From: Podarcis filfolensis
Taxonomy: Eukaryota
Strand: one strand, 5' to 3'
Assembly: GCA_964270895.1 (NCBI GenBank)
Contig: OZ185441.1
Length of the DNA stretch: 64,000 nucleotides
Position numbers and translations under genes: made by a program. Below are positions 57,381-64,000 of the stretch, piece by piece. Positions within the stretch are counted from its first letter, which is position 1; each line of letters starts with the position of its first letter. The notes beneath the pieces were generated by a model that had not been told where the DNA came from, did no database searches, and saw nothing but the letters and a program-made list of their open reading frames with translations.

Positions 57381-59029
57381 GAAAAACACAGCTGTAAAGG
57401 ATCCTAGCGGGCGCAGTGGACAAGGGCACCGACAAACAGAAATTCTCCTGGAAGTTCCCCTGTAGTTCCTGCTGCAAGTCTTGCCATTTCTGGTAGTTGA
57501 TGAGAGATGCGAGGAAGCAAGAGAAGGTAGCAACAGCTCCTACTTCACCCACTCTGGGTATCACACAGTGCCACCTTCAGAGAAAATGGGCACAGGAGCC
57601 TCTGTCCAATTGCTTGCCCCATCTCTCTCTGGGTGCTACAGCATAGACATGGACAAATTAGCTCTAGTAGCAACACTGGATGGGGCTGCACATTTTACCT
57701 TTATATAAAAGAGGCATCCAGCCACTTCAGTGGGACTCAGGATGAGCCCTGGAATGCAGGTGCAAAGGCACATTCAGACACCATACACAACAACATGAAC
57801 TCTGCATACATAAGTCTGCTTCCACATGTTCTCTGAAGAAAACAAGATATTCTTACTGACAAACCAAGACATTTTCAGAGTTGGAAAAAATGTGCATTGA
57901 TTAGCATATTCAAATTCTTTTCTCTAAGACTTCTGTTTGCTATGCCTTTGAGTTTATTTTCAGCATGTATTTTGTTCATTAATTTTGTTTGCATATGTTG
58001 ATTTAGAGCAGGTTAAACATAGTGTGGACTTAATGATGCAACTAACCCTCTCAGCCAAGTAGTTAAGCAACAAGCTTTTTTTACTTATGTTTCGTAGCAA
58101 CACGCATATTGCAACTTTCATTTATACTGCAACTTTCCCCTGTCACGCGCTACTGTTCTCCTATGCAGAAACCACTGGTAGAAGTGAAAAAGCAGGTCAC
58201 CTAATGGTGACAATGTATTTTAAGATTACAAGCTCTCTTGAAATCCTGCCTCCAGCAACACAGAACGGCAGCTAAATAATTAATTGGGTATTGACAAGGT
58301 CCGATAAAAGGGAAGGTCTGGATTGCACTGGGACCAATGACTTCTTTTCCATGTCCACAAGGAAGATGCATTTCTGCTTCCTTCCCTTTTTGGAAGATTT
58401 ACATACTTCTCTCTTCACAGCATGTTGGGCTCTTAGTGCTACAGTTCTAGCCGCTGCCCAGTGTGAGAACCAGCTACATCTGCTTTGTCCTGCACATTCA
58501 TTGAGTGTGACGTCATATGCAGCTGATTCCATAGTCATGTAAGACATATTCTCAAATCATAAGGCTTTCCCAACACACTGAATAAATGCTTCTCCACTGC
58601 AGTTTCTTTTGCAATGTCTAGATTTCCCTTTCCCCTACCATAGACATCTAAACTTAGACTGCAGCCTGTTACAAAGGAGCTTCGATTGTAATCAACATGG
58701 CTGCAGTGTAGAAAAGTGTGGCCCAACTGGAGTTTTAATTTGCTCATTGGCCCACTGATGTTGCAGTATATGAAAGGCTAAAGTTTATTATACAACCTTT
58801 ACAAAAAAGGGGGGAAAAAGAACCCTGCTGCTCTATGATATCATTCATACATGGATCAGAAAACATTGTAAATATGGGAGAAAATTAATTCCCCCCTCCT
58901 TTCTCCTATGTAATTTGCTCTAAATTGTACGACAACGACCTGCATCCTTTTGCTGTATATCTATTGTCATGGTACTTCAAATGCACTTAATAAATTGCAC
59001 CTTCTATGAAAAGAAAAGGTGATGGATTG

Positions 59030-59169
59030 NNNNNNNNNNNNNNNNNNNNNNNNNNNNNNNNNNNNNNNNNNNNNNNNNNNNNNNNNNNNNNNNNNNNNNN
59101 NNNNNNNNNNNNNNNNNNNNNNNNNNNNNNNNNNNNNNNNNNNNNNNNNNNNNNNNNNNNNNNNNNNNN
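59030..59169. other. Assembly gap (N run, 140 nt)
   Basis: Run of N. Confidence 1.
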
Positions 59170-60594
59170 GGTTGAAAGATGCTGGTGTTGCTATATTTGG
59201 CTAATGGTCTAGGGATGCTAGAGTGAAGAAGGGTAATTCACAGGGGTGCATGCATTATTTAATGAATCCCTCCGAGATAGAAGAAAGGACAGATCAATGA
59301 TAAAATGACAAGTTATCATTGCTTACAAAGCACATTTAAACAAACTGAGTAATGTTCAATGGGGGGGGGGGGGAGAGACTTTTCAGCTCTCTTGTAAGAT
59401 AGCCATATTCTTACTGTCACATGTTCGTCCTTCCTTTTTTCAGAGGCATACTTTTGCTACATTATCACATTATTAAATTTTGTCTGCATGTCAGAGTGAA
59501 AATAAAAGCAAAACCTTGCAAGCTACTGGACAGTTAGGTCTAACTGAAAGTTATAATGGATACAACATGTATATACGATACTAAAAAATTGATAGCTCTG
59601 TCATGTGGGACCCATTAACAAGCTTTTTCGGCGAGCAGAGTTTGGGGCTTCGTCTCCAGGAGCACTTAGCTACCCTAGGATGCTCAATCCATGCAGACTA
59701 AGTAGTTATCTTATTTATAGGTGATCAGTTATGAATTAATATGAATGGCAAATTGTGCGTCTGAAGTTGGGGCTAAATGTTATTCTACGAACAACAGTGA
59801 TCAAGATACAAGACGTTAATAAAAGGAAAAGGAAGTTATCTGGGATAAATTAATTTCTAAGTAGCATGACAGCAGATGCAACCATAAAGTTTCTTTGCTA
59901 ATGAAAACAGTGGTTTATATCTGAAGAATATATAACAAAAATATTATGCTACAGTTAGGGTGTGTTTCAAATAAAGGTTCAAGAGAAGAGACCACAGGCT
60001 AAAGGAACAAACAAAAATAAGTTAATGGCTTTTGCACGAAAACAGCACTTATAAATAGAGTTTTTGGAAATGTATCTCTTTAATACCCAACAATGAACTA
60101 TAACTGCTGCTCCTTAGCTTTCCTGGAAGATGTTTCGAATTTATGCATCTCTATACATTCTCCTTTATAATACAGAAGGAGCTATCACACATTGGCCTGG
60201 CCAGTGTGACCATGTGAGCATGATGCAGGCTCCTGGAGAGGATCTTACAGCTGGTTTGGGACTTGGTCAATGAGGAGTGAGCTCACTAGGAGCCCTAGTT
60301 CAGATGACATGCCAAGACAAAGCTTGGCTTACCTTAGTGTGGTACAGTAGCAAAAACGACCAGTGAAGAGCAAGGGGGCTGTGCACTTGTCTGAGAAACC
60401 TCATGTTCTCTAGGCCAAGGTTTGGCTTAGCCTATTGAACCAGGCTGGTATGTCATTCTTTTTGCACTCTATTTAGACAAATTATGCCAGTTTACTATGA
60501 AACTGTTTTAGCAATGTGATCCAAATCTCCGACTGGCTTCATATTTGTCCATTTTCATGCATCTAATTTGCCAAAGGACACATTTTCTCTGATC

Positions 60595-60815
60595 CAATTG
60601 CAGCTTCAAGATGGACAAAGATCTCATTCATACTCAGGTGTATTCTGTCCACTTTAATGCATAGATGGGGTGGCTTCACACATAACAAAATATACACATG
60701 CAGAACTCTCTATAAAAATTCCAATTTCCTAATCTGGGAATCATCCCAGCCTCTTCCTTTTGCCCCATGTAAAATCTGGACCACTGCCTTGCTCCAAAGT
60801 ATTTTAAAGCAGGAT
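60595..60815 (-). pseudogene. Possible decayed SGNH/GDSL hydrolase remnant (retrotransposon-borne)
   Basis: One frame with one stop gives CFKILWSK...(52 codons)...VDRIHLSMNEIFVHLEAAI, resembling the xxLWS and DGxHLS blocks of SGNH ORFs; motif-level recognition only. Confidence 0.35.
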
Positions 60816-61877
60816 CATTTAGAAAGCCTTCTTCTGCATGATAAAATTTGGGATGAAGCTTTATTTCATTCACACGACTCTTCAACAAGGTATACCATAC
60901 TCCATTCTGGCTCCTGGTGTCAGGGGTCCTCAGAACCCCACGTGATCCCCTGTACTCAGAGCATCCCCTGGTGGAGAATTTACTTGAAGGGTTCCATTGC
61001 CCCCCCTCATTACGGGACTCCACTCATTTTGTTTTATATAAACTGTGGTCTCTCCTGTTTTCTCTTACATAGTTCTTCTGACTCTACTTGTACAATGACC
61101 TCTCCTGCTAGCTTTTCCAGCTTCCTTTCCTGCTCCCTATTTCTGGCTCACCACTATAGATGATAACCCTAGACCCCTTCTGTTCTATTACTCTTCCTCA
61201 TATGCTCAGGAAGAAATGTGGAAATCTAAGGGGTGTGTGTGTGTGTGTGTACACATGAGTGGGGGGGGGGGAGAGATTTTAATGAAAAACTGGCAATGCT
61301 CAGAACCCTTCCAAAAAGAGGCAAAACACTTACACTCCCACAGACAAATTAAATGCAGACCATAAAAGAAGCCACCCAGCAGAAACAAACAACCCCCCAA
61401 AATTCTATTTTTAAGGTAGCTCAGGAAGCCTGACTGGGGCACTGTGGTGTCCATGGGTGCCATACTGGGGACTTCCGGTTAACTCAACATTGGGGTCTGC
61501 CAATCAGAAAAGTGTTTAAATATTTCTAGGTGCACCATATCCTCTGCAGGTGATTTGAGAGCTGATAAAGATGTAATGAAATCCCTAATCTTAGTAATGG
61601 TAACTAAGCAAGCATGCAGCATGTGTGGGCCAGGCGCTGGTAGAGATCCATGCATTATAATTAGGGATCTAACTATTTAAAGCAGATGAAACAAGATCCC
61701 AAAACTTCTATATAAAATTGTTTGAAATGGCCAATATAATCTTTGGCTTTTACATTCTCCATTCAACTTTAATGCCCCCGGCTCTTTAGGAACATTGCTG
61801 GACCTGATGTAATATCAAACTACCTCTGAGAAAGTATTCTCTATGATAACTTACAGTTTTGCAAGCCATTGTATATA

Positions 61878-62103
61878 CAGTGGTACCTCGGGTTACATAC
61901 GCTTCAGGTTACAGACTCCGCTAACCCAGAAATAGTACCTCGGGTTAAGAACTTTGCTTCAGGATAAGAACAGAAATCATGCTCTGGCGGCACGGTGGCA
62001 GCAGGAGGCCCCATTAGCTAAAGTGGTACTTCAGGTTAAGAACAGTTTCAGGTTAAGAACGGACCTCCAGAATGAATTAAGTACTTAACCCGAGGTACAA
62101 CTG
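61878..62103. mobile_element. Tc1/mariner (Tigger/pogo-like) MITE with TA TSD
   Basis: TIRs cagtggtacctcgggtta / taacccgaggtacaactg, flanked by TA on both sides; internal partial TIR copies. Confidence 0.92.
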
Positions 62104-63639
62104 TATGTATATACAGTGGTATATACAGTGGTATATACAGGATGAGAAGAAGTAAATCACATGAGATCAGTGGGGCCTATTCCCATGTAAACAGGCATAG
62201 GATATTAATCTAAATTCCAGGACTAACAGTACAATCCTAACCACATCTAATCAGAAGTAGGTCCCATAGAAATAAATGGTGCTTGTTCCCAGGTAAGTGG
62301 TGATTTAGGATTCTGGCCTAAATCAGTGCTAAAGGAAAAGTATGTAGTCACATAATTTGGCATTTGTATTTAAATGAGCACCTTTCATTTCACTCCACTA
62401 CTTTCATCTCCAGAGGTTTCTTGATTGTGGGGAATCCCTCTCCTAAACTAGCATGTGATAGAACAAACGGCATTGTGGACAAGCATATCTGGAACAAGGT
62501 ATGGCCAATAAAATGGATCATAATTACAACTGGGAACTTTTGTTTTATAACCCACAGTTCCACACATGAAGAGCTAAAAGAAGGAGAATAAAAGATGTAT
62601 GAGATAAAAAGAATTGTGGTGTGGGAGGTAAGCACAGAACAAAGAACCTTTCCTGGCAAAATTACCTCTCCTCATGTTTGTATTCACTTTCCTTTGCATT
62701 AATTCCTGCCAGGTCCTTTAAACATTCAGGTTTGGCAGCCAATTAGGCATATGATCACCTTGATATTTATGCTGCCAGATGGCTGAATGGTGGTTTGCAC
62801 ATATCTATATAAAAATTACCCCTTTTACCACATCAAATACACATGGCAACTCCTACATCTAACTTTGATTGGTTTATATTTTATTTCAAAATTATAGGTT
62901 CTTCTCTCCCCCCCCCCTTTTATTTTATTATTTTGGTAACTGACTATTTTATAAGTGTCATGTAACTAGAATTAATATATGAATGAAGGCAGAGTAAACC
63001 TGGAAGAGTTTGTTGTTGTTGTTTTTACTGCAACAGTTTTTAGGAACCACATATAAAGTCAGTGAATTGGGGGGCAATTGGTGCTGTTTTTGTTTCATTT
63101 GCCTGACAAGAGCCAGCTTTTAAAATCACTATTGAGATGAAAATATTAAGATAAGTTTAATTTTTTTAAATTTTAAACCTTATCATATATCATGCTGAGG
63201 AAAATATAAATGATTTTAATCCTGAATGTATGGTTTTTATTTTATTTTTTAAGCTGCCATTTTTATAGATTTTAACATTTTGGTTGTATTCTCATTATTT
63301 TATCTGATTATATCTCTGCTTTATTTATCTGATTATATATCTGATTATATATATATATATGATTTATTTGCGTTTTAGCTTTTTACCTTGTAAATTGCTT
63401 AATGTTTGTTTTTTAAAAATATAAAGTGGTCTATACATGGATTATACATGCACAATGTAACTTGTACTCTATCTTCTCACCACAGGATTCCCCATGTTCC
63501 TTCTAAATTTGCTCAGAACAGTTGGGGGGAGCCTCCAGAGCAGATTTATGGGGCATGTGGGGAGAGGGGAAGGTATGGAAGTTACACTGCACCACAAAAA
63601 GTTGTTGCTTTAGTATAACAATTTAGTTGGAGACTGCGC

Positions 63640-63686
<47 letters not shown>
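63640..63686. repeat. (TAA)n microsatellite
   Basis: Direct observation. Confidence 0.98.
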
Positions 63687-64000
63687 GCTATCCATCTCTC
63701 TTGCCACTCCATGTATCAACTGTCCTGAAATCCCAAGACTGGCTTCTTTTCCATTTCTGGATCATGCACAAATATCAGATATCCCCAAAACCTCTCATTG
63801 CCTTACCCTATCTCATTGCTCTTACCAACACACCCATATCTGTGACTTTCTCCCATCCAGCTCCATCATCCTCAAGCCTCCTGCTCTCAGAAATGACTCC
63901 ACTGCTCTCTCTCTTGCTGCCCCTAATGCCCAGAACAGACTTCCATCATGCTTCTGTGTGACCAAATCCCCTATTTTCTTCCAGCCCATCCAGTGTTGAC

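Noticed and set aside
57380-57560. Minus-strand exon-like segment with strong-context ATG (MARLAAGTTGELPGEF...)
   Set aside because: It reaches a stop before any convincing donor and shows no similarity to EYA-family N-termini.
62107-62140. Short direct repeats as a CRISPR-like or satellite array
   Set aside because: Three head-to-tail 12-mers without spacers in a vertebrate genome; explained by the adjacent MITE junction.

Overview
Vertebrate genomic DNA from a squamate, very probably a lacertid lizard (Sauria SINE, BovB, Squam3-like SINEs, L2 and CR1 debris). The window holds the 5' two-thirds of EYA1 (Eyes absent 1, HAD-family tyrosine phosphatase and SIX co-activator) on the minus strand. 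A CpG-island promoter and non-coding exon 1 lie at about 39.8-41.2 kb, followed by the 50-nt exon 2 (34454-34503) and coding exons 3-11 (32966 down to 1193; 349 codons, ending just after the WDLDET catalytic motif). The remaining EYA-domain exons lie beyond position 1. No other protein-coding gene, RNA gene or CRISPR array is supported. The most interesting signal is the modular N-terminus of EYA1. It includes an in-frame 63-nt cassette exon (31474-31536, TADWLL motif, paralogous to an EYA4 exon) that the ORF track misses. Exon 2 is readable in two meaningful frames: an EYA4-like N-terminal extension, or an alternative start that becomes an overlapping uORF when exon 3 is included. Several tandem splice acceptors also occur. 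The rest is intronic or upstream sequence with transposon fragments (some nested, several with intact TSDs), microsatellites, candidate enhancers whose conservation I cannot verify, and two assembly gaps. Exon numbering and paralog comparisons rely on my recall of human EYA1 and EYA4 and were not database-checked.
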